A stretch of DNA of 64,000 nucleotides, from the NCBI RefSeq assembly GCF_006345805.1, contig NC_042997.1, forward strand, positions 195,982,001-196,046,000, written 5' to 3'. The notes beneath the pieces were generated by a model, which did no database searches, was not told the origin of the DNA, and saw nothing but the letters and a program-made list of their open reading frames with translations. This stretch comes from Octopus sinensis (lineage: Eukaryota). The position numbers and the translations under genes were made by a program. Numbering within the stretch: position 1 is the stretch's first letter; every line of letters starts with the position of its first letter. This document shows positions 53,050 to 64,000 of the stretch, piece after piece.

Positions 53050-53264
53050 GAGTGTGCGTGTGTGTGTGTGTATGAATATAGGGTGCAATGAATAAACTGT
53101 CGTCTAAATTACGCAAGAATGAAAATAACACTGACACACCTTCCCGAGCATCAAACTAATATACCTGTTTGTTTATACACCCATCTTCGTCTTTTGTTTT
53201 TCTGTAAATTTCAACTATATTTACGTGTGTATACATACATATATATATATATATATATGTAAGT

Positions 53265-53685
53265 AGGCGTAGGAATGGCTGTGTGGTAAGTAGATTGCTT
53301 ACGAACCACATGGTTCCAGGTTCAGTTCCACTGTGTGGCACCTTAGGCGAGTGTCTTCTACTATTGTCTCAGTGAGTGGATTTGGTAGACAGAAACTGAA
53401 AGAAGCTCGTCGTATATATATGTATATATATATGTATATATATGTATATATATTATGTGTGTGTATATGTCTGTGTGTCTGAGTGTGTCCTCCCAACATC
53501 GCTTGACAACCGATGTTGGTGTGTTTACGCCCCCGTAACTTAGCGGTTCTGTAAAAGAAATCGATAGAATAAGTACTAAGCTTACAAAGAATAAGTCCTG
53601 GAGTCCATTTGCTCGACTAAAGGCGGTGCTCCAGCATGGCCTCAGTCAAATGACTGAAACAAGTAAAAGAGTAAAGGAGTTAAAG
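53265..53685 (+). mobile_element. SINE family B, near full length
   Basis: Same head and tail as 36013-36422. Confidence 0.9.
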
Positions 53686-54269
53686 AGTGACATAGATATA
53701 TATTAAATTCTTTTTCCACTCATATAAAAGAAGTGGACATTATATATTATAATTTTGGTATATTTCTCCAAGAATGCGTGCCAAATGTTAACTTTAAAAA
53801 AAATCTCCGTGGCTTTTTTCTTTGTTTCGTTTTTTACTCAGATATTTGAAATGTTGGCTGCGAAAGTTATTGATTTGCCAAAATGGATCTCGAAGATAAA
53901 AGGTTGGAAATCTCTTCCCTGAAGCAATATCGTGATGAATAGTCGAAGAATACATCAACAGCTGAATATTCTTTAATGAATGAACATTTTAACCCTAAAT
54001 TTGTAGATGAAGCGAGAGCCACTGCCATAGAGGCTATGGAATGTAAAACAGAGAAATCAATGACTACTGTAGAACACTACATGTATTCATTATATTCCCT
54101 TTACATCTGTACATGCACAATAAGACCATCGCTTGGAACACTCAACACTTGCTAGTATAAGTTCATGACGGAAAACGGAAGTAGGAGATGAAACTAATGC
54201 TAATAATCCCTCCTAGTATTGCTACAAAGCCAAAATTTTCGTTTTTTTTTTGCAAGGATAAAGGCTGAA

Positions 54270-54870
54270 GTGCTAGACTCCAGTGTGCAACTGGTATTTA
54301 TTTGTATGGATTTCTAAAGGATGGAAGGCAGAATCGGCCTCGGTGTAAACTGAACTCAGAATGTTAAGACAGACGAAATACCTATTTCTTTACTACCCAC
54401 AGGGGGCTAAACACAGAGGGGACAAACAAGGACAGACAAACGGATTAAATCGATTACATCGACCCCAGTGCGTAACTGGTACTTAATTTATCGACCCCGA
54501 AAGGATGAAAGGCAAAGTCAACCTCGGTGGAATTTGAACTCAGAACGTAACGGCAGACGAAATACGGTTACGCATTTCGCCCGGCGTTCTAACGTTTCTG
54601 CCAGCTCGCCGGACGAAATACCTATTTCTTTATTACCCACAAGGGGCTAAACACAGAGCAGACAAACAAGGACAGACAAACGGATTAAGTTGATTACATC
54701 GACCCCAGTGCGTAACTGGTACTTAATTTATCGACCCCGAAAGGATGAAAGGCAAAGTCGACCTCGGCGGAATTTGAACTCACAACGTAACGACAGACGA
54801 AATACCGCTAAGCATTTCGCCCGGCGTGCTAACGATTCTGCCAGATCGCCGGACGAAATACCGCTTAACA
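54270..54870 (-). mobile_element. SINE family C, head-to-tail array with a 240-bp period
   Basis: gacgaaatacc anchors at ~54372, 54612 and 54852; the units are nearly identical. Confidence 0.9.
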
Positions 54871-55194
54871 TTTTGTTCGGCGTGCTATTTATTTCGTTCC
54901 TCTTTATTTTCCTTGTGTTTGCTTTTTAGAGAGAGCCAAAGAGGTGATTCAGTTTGATACCACAGGGTCCAGAACTCCCTCAAAACCCTTAACTCGGAAA
55001 CAGAAACGGTTATATTCGATATTCTAATTCTACAAGCTACAAAGACAGAACAGGGCGTAAATATAGAACTTAAATATAGAACTGTATGAGATAATTAATT
55101 ATATAACGGATAAACTTATAAACTTATTTAGAAAACCTAGGGAAAATATAATTCTATAAAAATTTCCCGATATTATGAAAAATCTTAAAGAATA

Positions 55195-55590
55195 GGCGTG
55201 GGAGTGGCTGTGTGGTAAGTAGCTTGCTTACCAACCACATGGTTCTGGGTTCAATCCCACTGCTTGGCAGCTTGGGCAAGTGTCTCCTATAGCCTCGGGC
55301 CGACCAAAGCCTTGTGAGTGGATTTGGTAGACGGAAACTGAAAGAAGCTCGTCGTATATATATATATGTATATATATGTATATGTGTGTGTATATGTTTG
55401 TGTGGCTGTGTTTGTCCCCAACATCGCTTGACAACCGATGCTGGTGTGTTTACGTCTCTGTAACTTAGCGGTTCGGCAAAAGACACCGATAGAAGGCTTA
55501 GAAAGAATAAGTCCTGGTGTCGATTTGCTCGACTAAAGGCGGTGCTCCAGCATGGCCACAGTCAAATGGCTGAAGCAAGTAAAAGAGTAA
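55195..55590 (+). mobile_element. SINE family B, full length
   Basis: Same head and tail as 36013-36422. Confidence 0.9.
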
Positions 55591-55642
55591 ATATAAGATA
55601 TAAAAATGAAGTATATATATATATATATATATGTATATAACA

Positions 55643-55850
55643 GGCGCAGGTGTATAGTAACAAGCTTGCTTCCCACCACATGGTTCTGGGTTCAGTCCTA
55701 CGGCGTGGCACCTTGGGCAAGTGTCTTCTACTATAGCCTCGGGCCGACCAAAGCCTGGTGAGTGGATTTGTTTGATGGAAACTGAAAGAAGTCCGTCGTA
55801 TGTGTGTTGTGTGTGTGTGTGTGTGTATGTTTGTGTGTCTGTGTTTGCTT
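55643..55850 (+). mobile_element. SINE family B, 5' half
   Basis: catggttctgggttcagtcctacggcgtggcaccttgggcaag. Confidence 0.8.
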
Positions 55851-56408
55851 TTTAGGGAATGCCATACAAGTGATTCGGTTTGATACCACAGGGTCCAGAA
55901 GTCCCTCAGAACCCTCAATCTGGAAACAGAAACGTATATATTCGATATTCTAATTCTATAAGCTACAAAAACAGAACAGGATGGTCATGGTTAGAATGCC
56001 TTTTATACTAAATCTACTCAGTGAGCATTGGACTACCACCCACAAAAGCCTCAGTCTCTTTAGCTCAAGTTGGCTCATTATAAGGTAGAGTATTATTTAA
56101 TTATCTTTTCCCCGTTGTTTGTGAACCGTTGAGAGAGGCTCAGTTTGACTTCTATCATAAAGTTGAGAGAGGTGAAGCGATCCATATTGTTGCGTATAGG
56201 TAACCGTAAAGTTTTCTAAGACCATTACATACACCCGAGCTTCTATAATACATAACAACGACTTTGTCAATATTTGGGCGAGATTTAACTGCAGTCTGAA
56301 ACTTTGAATGCTCAAAGTGAACAAAATACGCAGATAGGCTTAATCCATCGTCGATATACGCACATACATCACACACATATATACACGTATAGACATAACA
56401 CCACTGCG

Positions 56409-56462
<54 letters not shown>

Positions 56463-57043
56463 TACATACATACACAGGCGCATATATAGAAACGTATGTA
56501 CATAGACGTATGTATGTGCGTATCTGTGTCTGTGTGTTTTATTTGTGAGTATATGTGGGTATGTCTTTCATAACTAGCATTCAAACAAATATATTACAAA
56601 GCACACATTACAGAGACAGATAAAAATGCTCGCTTTCTTTATATGGGAGGAAACCGAATGTAATACGAGATACATACAGCTGGGATTCAAAATTAGGTAC
56701 TAAGTTCAACTCGACAGGAGTTTCTTCTATTTTATATAGCATCCTATTCAAACTATTTGATGTTGTTTCCGTACAGCAATTTGTGCCTTCTACAACATTC
56801 GGTCGCATGCTGATCTCTGCTTCGCAACCGTTTTGAAATGTTCAATGTATGTCGTCGATTAGAAGAGTAAAAGAGAGAAAAACAAAAACAAAAAACCATT
56901 TCGAAGGTTTCATGTATTGATCGATATCTATGTTACAGGCATATTATTTTTTATATATTTTGGAACAAAGTTAATTAATGTGGAAGGCAAATCTAGCTGA
57001 CAAACAGCTAGATAGTAGGATAACTCAACGGTACTAATCGTGA

Positions 57044-57278
57044 CCAAGGCGGCGAGCTGGCAGAAACGTTAGCACGCCGGGCGAAATGCTTAGCAGTATT
57101 TCGTCTGCCGCTACGTTCTGAGTTCAAATTCCGCCGAGGTCGACTTTGCCTTTCATCCTTTCGGGGTCGATAAATTAAGTACCAGTTACGCACTGGGGTC
57201 GATGTAATCGACATAATCCGTTTGTCCGTCCTTGTTTGTCCTCTCTGTGTTTAGCCCCTTGTGGGTAGTAAAGAAATA
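57044..57278 (+). mobile_element. SINE family C, full-length monomer with 14-bp TSD
   Basis: ggtactaatcgtga at 57030-57043 and 57279-57292. Confidence 0.92.
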
Positions 57279-57344
57279 GGTACTAATCGTGAATCATGTA
57301 CGATATCACTAGCTAGGGAAATATCAATGACCAGGTTACTCTCT

Positions 57345-57750
57345 TTACTCTATTCTTTTACTTGTTTCAGTCATGTGACCGTGGTCATGCTGGAGCATCA
57401 CCTTTGAGTCGAGCAAATCGACCCCGGGACTTATTCTTTTTAAGCCAAGTACTTATTATATCGGTCTGTTTTGCCGAACCGCAAGGTGACGGTGACATAA
57501 GCACACAGCATCGGTTGTCAAGCAATGCTAGGGGGACAAACACAGACACACAAACATACACACACACATATATATAAATATATAGAACGGGCTTCTTTAA
57601 GTTCCGTCTACCAAATCCACTCACAAGGCTTTGGTCGGCCCGAGGCTATAGAAGAAGACACTTGCACAAGGTGCCACGCAGTGGGACTGAACCCGGAACC
57701 ATGTGGTTGGTAAGCAAGCTACTTACCACACAGCCACACCTGCGCCTATG
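57345..57750 (-). mobile_element. SINE family B, full length
   Basis: Reverse complement of 36013-36422. Confidence 0.9.
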
Positions 57751-58378
57751 GTTGTGAACAAAGATATATGAGATGAATGTGACTATAGAAATATATGCAT
57801 GCGAATACGTCAGTAGAGACAAAAAACGTAAAAATGAGAGAAGACAGTACTAATATTTTGGTGTCGGTATATATCTATGAAGATGATGAGACGGAATTTG
57901 TAAATTGAACTTTCAAAACATTCACTTTCAAACAAAATCTCAAAATAGAAGTAGAGCAAGGAATTCCTTGGCTCCATAACGAATTTTCCGCATTTATTAT
58001 AGAACGTTTAAAGCATTCTTTTCAATAGGGCTACATGTATACTTACATACATACATGCATACATGCATACATACATACATACATACATACATACATACAT
58101 TCATACATACATACATACATACATTCATTCAGTACGTACTTATTTTATGAATCCAAACTGGTAGTGGAAGTGACAAATATGCAATATTTTTCTCAAGTTT
58201 GAAAAGCAACATTGTTTATGTTATCTACATTCAAGCGATGGAGTTTTTTTTTTTATCGTTGTTAGAAACCATCTCTATCCTATGGCAATTGGATGAAGAG
58301 CATTATGACCAGCGGTGGATAACACACACATTTGATAATCTCAGTGATAGAATGTGGCACAGTGATGCAGTGACATAT

Positions 58379-58436
<58 letters not shown>

Positions 58437-58548
58437 ATAATATAGAATATATATACGTTTACATAATAAAAAAATGAAGACACATAGAAATACAAAATGG
58501 CTTACGGTTAGTAAGAGAGACACAACTAAGAAAGAAGAAAACAAAGGA

Positions 58549-58588
58549 CCACTGATGCTGTCACAGGAGTGTGACGAAAGAACTCTGG
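58549..58588 (+). ncRNA. Hammerhead-like motif with an altered core
   Basis: CCA CUGAUGCU GUCAC aggagu GUGAC GAAA G aa CUC UGG; A9 is replaced. Confidence 0.4.
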
Positions 58589-58707
58589 CGGAAATAAGAT
58601 TAAGATTAATGTAAAAAATAAATAACACAGAAGCAAAATAACACCAAATATATAGTGCGTGTGTTTTTATTGGCTAAACTGACAAAATGACCATTCCGAA
58701 ATATAAC

Positions 58708-58809
<102 letters not shown>

Positions 58810-59251
58810 GGAGTTAAACGCAAGTGTTATTCAAATTCTTTTAATTCCGACACATATTTCGAAGATATCAGTGGTATTATTCCAAAGGAATAATACCTAA
58901 AAATGTTGAGTACTTTTATATGAAATAGAAGCCTTATAATGCTTCATCCTAGCAAACTGTTAAGGTAGTCATGATAAAACCATTCAACGCTGAACCCATT
59001 TTATCACCGAGATGATCAAATGTGTGTGTTATCCACCGCTGGTCATCATGCGGTTCTTCCTATTCCCGTAGGAAGGAGATGGTTTCTAACATAGATAACA
59101 AAATATTTTTTTAATATTTCACATAAACCCGAAGTTTCTACCGTTAAAAACAAGGAGTTACAACCTTTTTGTTTGTGTGATTTTTTTGCTACCCTGGTAA
59201 CTATTTATATATTTTTTCCGTGTTAATTGTTAGCCAGGGAAAATACACACA

Positions 59252-59337
<86 letters not shown>

Positions 59338-59446
59338 ATTATATATATATATATATGTATATATACGGTTTAAGTAATTGAGATTGAAGTGAATTCTCGT
59401 ACGAAACAATTGTACCGAGATTTTAATCGATTCTTGTTGCTTGTTT

Positions 59447-59489
<43 letters not shown>

Positions 59490-60800
59490 TATATATAACA
59501 AAATAATATATAAAAACATATGCATATATACATACATATATGTACATATATGTACATACCTACATCTATATGTATAAATACATGCATATATGGTACAGGA
59601 CACAAAAAAAAAAACGTTGAACACAATGAGAAATGAAAACATAAAAAACATGGAAACGGACTATCTTTCAAATAACGAAAAAACAGAGTACGAGACGTAC
59701 AACACAAGGAATATTCCCATATGTTTTATATATTATTTTGTTATTATATGATCGAACGCCACGCATCCACTTCCAAGTAAGTATATATATAAAGCAAAAT
59801 ATCAAGGAAGTCCAGGTATTAGTGCATTACGGCCGTTTCAGGCGGCTCCATTTAATCGATCAATGCAAGCATTACATCAATTTGAAATACACCGACATCC
59901 TCGGTGCATAAGACCATATAGTTTTTTCAACATACAGGATACTCCATTGTAATTTTTATAGCAAATATTTCATCAGAACTGGAGAATAAAGGAATTGCAT
60001 GTTTGTTGATATGATTGTAGCACAATGAACTTGGGGAGAAAATACCCCAACTATAATTTGGGGTGGCAGAAGAGAATAATAATGGGGGTCAAGAGATGGT
60101 AATATAGCTACATTTACCTTTCTCCTTATCACAATCAAAAGATCTAAAACAGCTAGTATTCTGAATCCACTTAGAATTGAAACCACTGGAAATTGAAAGT
60201 TAAGTTGTAGCTACTAGTGATAAATTAATGCCAGATACTCTTCTCTACCTCTATTTTACTGTGGCTATAAATTCGCTATCACTACATAAAAGAACATGTC
60301 TCAGAAGATGTCAGTAAGATAATGGTATATGTTGAGAAAGGGGGAAATGTAGGGGTGACATAAACATTTTTATTATTATCAGTTAAAAGGAGCCTAAAAT
60401 AGAAAAGAAAGGAGGTTACAATGAGATTTAAATGGGGAAAATGTATATCCAAATTTACCAAATTGTATACATTACAATATTTTGTATAATAAATTATAAA
60501 GATTTTAAATTTAGAAAGGGATTTAAGGACCAAGTAAGAGAAAAAGGACATATAAACCAATTTAAACCCTTAAAATGTTGAGTACTTTTATATAAAATAG
60601 AAACCTTATCCTAGCAAACTATTAAGGTGGTCATGATAAAACCATTCAACACTGAACCCATTATCAAATTCAGATTTCATCCGAGAAAGTGGTACATATT
60701 TTCTATTGACAGAAAACCAGCGATTAAAGGCAAAACATGAGATAATTATTATTTACATTATTTACATTCAACGGATATTTGTCCTAATCATGTTTGTTGT

Positions 60801-60848
60801 AAACACAACATTTCGGCTGATATACCCTCCAGCCTTCTTCGGGTGTTT
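60801..60848 (-). ncRNA. Minimal hammerhead motif with U4C
   Basis: Minus strand reads AAACAC CCGAAGA A GGCUG gaggguauau CAGCC GAAA U GUU GUGUUU. Confidence 0.55.
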
Positions 60849-60901
60849 TGGTAATTCCTAAGGTGTTATTTGATGTTGTTGTTGTTGTTGTTGTTGTTGT
60901 T

Positions 60902-60961
<60 letters not shown>

Positions 60962-60964
60962 GCT

Positions 60965-61121
60965 GTTCAGGTCACTGCTTGAAATCGCAATCAGAATCTT
61001 GCGGTTAGTAGCCCGCGCACTTAACCACTACCCCATATGACGGGGGCATATGGCGTAGTGGTTACGAGAGCGGGCTACTAACTACGAGATTCTGAGTTCG
61101 ATTTCAAGTAGTAACCTGAAC
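60965..61121. mobile_element. Head-to-head pair of short tRNA-derived SINE heads forming a hairpin
   Basis: The right arm has A-box tggcgtagtgg and B-box gagttcgatttc. The left arm (60965-61039) is its diverged reverse complement, the spacer is 7 nt, and (TTA)n / (AAT)n tails lie outside. Confidence 0.85.
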
Positions 61122-61125
61122 AGTG

Positions 61126-61157
<32 letters not shown>

Positions 61158-61208
61158 TCTTCATCTCTTAAGTATAGAACAGTATAAGATAATTAGTTCT
61201 ATAAGATA

Positions 61209-62015
61209 CTAGCAGCATAGCCCGGCGTTGCTCGGGTATGTAAGAGCCCCTAGTAGGCAACAACTAATCCCAATCTAGTCCTTTCCCTCTAGGGAACGAA
61301 GGCGCATGTGGAGGTTGCAATGTCTTCTCTTGACTCCCAAATAACTATCAAACAGCTATCGATAATTCAACCCAACCAATTCCTACCAGGAAGAAATTAC
61401 ATTCGAGACTTTACCCCCAACACCGCCACTTTTGCTAATAACTGCTGCAGCCGCAAGTTATTCGAATACTTTTTTTGTTTACACTTTCTTTATAACTACC
61501 ACCCCAAACGTTTTACCTTAAATTTTTGACGTACCCTAAGGGTCCTCGGGCGCTACTTGCAAACTCTTGGTTTATTATAAACCGCTTTTGTCGTGTGCAC
61601 CAAAAAACCTTTTCCATTCGTTTGTTCAGTTTGGTCACTTTTGACTTTTTCGTTGTTGTCACTCACATTGCTGCCCGCTTTTTTGCCGTTTTTGTACATT
61701 TTTATACATTTTGGGATACTTACCCCTCGTGTTCCGAGAGTTAAAAAGGTCGAGTTGTGTCCCCTAGACAGTTTGTAGAAAATGTGTTGCATATAAAAAG
61801 CTTAGATTCTCGACCCATGTCGAATTTATCGATTTGTTTTCAGAACTGGGGGAACTTTTCAAAATTTTCGCTGCGTTAGTTTTGAATTATGACATTGGGC
61901 TATGTGTGTGTCAAATTTCATCAGAATCGGTTGAAAGCCGTGGTCAGGGTGAGGGTACAACCTGACAGACACACAGACACACAGACAGACAAACTGCCGT
62001 TTATATATAGAGAGA
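61209..62015 (-). mobile_element. Non-autonomous Helitron
   Basis: The minus strand starts TC (62015-62014; TCTCTCTATATATAA) and ends CTAG (61212-61209), with a GC hairpin cccgg-cgttgc-tcggg at 61221-61236. It sits between A and T with no TSD. An uninterrupted relative of the flanks lies at ~55082-55192. Confidence 0.85.
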
Positions 62016-63070
62016 TAACTTAGAAAAACTTGGGAAAATATAAGTCTATAAAAAATTCCCGATATTATGAAAAAATCTTAAAGAATATAAGAAGATATAA
62101 AAATACCTCACACACACATGTATATATATACATATATTTGTGCGTGTGTGTGTATCTCTATATATATGCATACATACATACATACATACACACACACACA
62201 CGCATATATAGGAGTATGGTAAGAAGCTTGCTTCCCAACACATGGTTCCGGGTTGAAATGACTGAAACAAGTAAAAGAGAATATATATATATATACGTAT
62301 TATAGTTTATTATATTTTTTCTATATGATAGGGTTTATCATGGTTTGAATTACATAATAGTAGTGTTTCTATATATATATAACTTATATATATATTTATA
62401 TATATACCATAATATATCGATAGATTTCTATCCAAGAATGTACAGAAACACACTGATAAACTCCATGTTTATCGCACATGTAAATGCTCATGGCTAAATA
62501 TCAGAAACATTCAGCAGTAGAATACTTTTGAAACATGGCCTATATGTGTGTGGCTGAGTATATGTGTAAGCATGTGTCTTCATAAACATATAAATATAGA
62601 TATATAATATATATATATATAATATATATATATATATATTATATATATATATAATATATATATATATATAATATATATATATATACATACATATAAAGTA
62701 TACGAAGACTGTATAAGAGAAATACAAGAATTGTTAATTATATAATCATTAATCATTATTTATACCCTACAGTTGATAGACTTGGAACCTAAATATCATA
62801 GAATTAATTACATGTACATTAACAGCAATTTAATTTTTCCAGCTGCATATATCGGAGTCTAATGGATCAAATACTGTTTTAAATATATATGTGTGTTTGT
62901 GTTAGTCTGAGTGTGTGTGTGTGTTTTGCATATATCGTACGCATTATGATGTATATATTAGATGATTTTATATGTTTATCGGAATTAACAGCGTTCGTCT
63001 ATGGAAACGTACATAATTTCAATTTCCATTGCACTCTCTAGTTTAAAATCCATATATATATATATATTAT

Positions 63071-63118
<48 letters not shown>

Positions 63119-63127
63119 CATATATAT

Positions 63128-63928
63128 ATCGCTTTCTGTAACACTAGGAATCTTTCACAAATTATATCTTCCCACAATACCAAGCTGCTAAACAAAGATT
63201 CTTCACCCGGGAGTTCCAGCACTAATCTTGCTAATTCCAACCCATCATACAATCATAATAATAGGAATAGTATTAATAGTAACAGCATTGGTAGCAGCGA
63301 AAGCGTTAACAATGATAATATTAATAATAGTATTAGTCGTGTTAATAACAATGGTAGTGTTGATGGTAACAACAATAACGGTATTATTGTCGGTGGTATT
63401 ACTGGTTGTAGTACCATTAATAATACTAATAATAATAGAAATAGTGTAGTTGTTAGCGCTAATAATAATAGTAACAACAATCATAACAACAAAAACTTCG
63501 TTTCGATCTCGGAGGACAACCCCAACAGAATTAAATTTTTGTCTAATAATTCTAAGATTAAAAATTCTATTTACCAGTGTAGAATTTCTTCCGGTACCGA
63601 TGTCTTCTTCTATATAGGAGCGTCCACTTCCCAGTTATCCAAGAGAATTTCAAACCACTATTCAACATTCAGGGATAGTAAAAAACGACATAGTACAGGG
63701 CTAAGTAAATTAGTTTGGCGTCTTAAAGACAACAATGTAAATTTCAAGTTAGATTGGTTCATACTGTCTGTATCCTTTCCTTTTGATAAGGGCAGGAGAT
63801 TTTGTAACATTTGTAAATCTGTACTCTTCCATATTCTTTTCTTTAAGGTTTCCCTAGTAAACACACTCATAGAAAAATCATACAAATGTAAACACTGGCA
63901 GAAACACACTTTCTACTCATATAAATGA
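63128..63928 (+). pseudogene. Penelope-like retroelement 3' ORF fragment with GIY-YIG endonuclease; frame open for ~267 codons
   Basis: Hand translation of the 63539 frame upstream shows no stop back to 63128: IAFCNTRNLSQIISSHNTKLLNK-(Asn/Ser-rich linker)-NSIYQCRISSGTDVFFYIGASTSQLSKRISNH...TGLSKLVWRLKD...WFIL...FCNICK...CKHWQKH. The 5' end is cut at (TA)n. Confidence 0.9.
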
Positions 63929-64000
63929 TAACGATAGTCACTGTGGTTTGAACAATTAGCTTTACGTCCACCCCACTTCTATAGAGAAATTCTTTCCTAA

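Noticed and set aside
53840-53925. Acceptor tttttactcag followed by a short open frame (IFEMLAAKVIDLPKWISKIK)
   Set aside because: The donor is non-canonical, the frame closes quickly and the peptide is not recognisable.
54372-54870. Regularly spaced direct repeats resembling a CRISPR array
   Set aside because: They are whole-unit 240-bp SINE multimers with no unique spacers, in eukaryotic DNA with no cas genes.
61047-61121. Possible tRNA gene
   Set aside because: A and B boxes are present, but there is no acceptor-stem pairing and it runs into an (AAT)n tail, so it is a SINE head rather than a tRNA.

Overview
Repeat-saturated, AT-rich eukaryotic non-coding DNA. It is very likely from an octopus or other coleoid cephalopod; this is inferred from the SINE families and the extreme (TA)n/(CA)n/(GATA)n microsatellite load. 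No intact host gene is supported, and almost all ORFs in the track are microsatellite or SINE read-throughs. Decayed mobile elements present: a CR1-group LINE RT fragment, two Penelope-like (PLE) GIY-YIG fragments, mariner and maT/Tc1-like transposase relics, a non-autonomous Helitron, several foldback/MITE elements and three abundant SINE families. The unexpected layer is a set of type I hammerhead-ribozyme (HHR) motifs from several unrelated repeat families, found by reading both strands. Two structures stand out. (1) A ~476-bp tandem repeat (32237-33300) with one well-formed HHR in each full unit (retrozyme-like), fused to a 430-bp palindrome. (2) A 6.5-kb inverted-repeat element (6247-12756) with an outward-reading HHR at each end, enclosing a ~1-kb-unit satellite with extreme AC/GT strand skew. 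Copies within both structures differ mostly by 1-bp indels, so a long-read assembly artefact must be excluded. Repeat boundaries were read by eye and are approximate unless TSDs or TIRs are given. No database searches or folding calculations were run.
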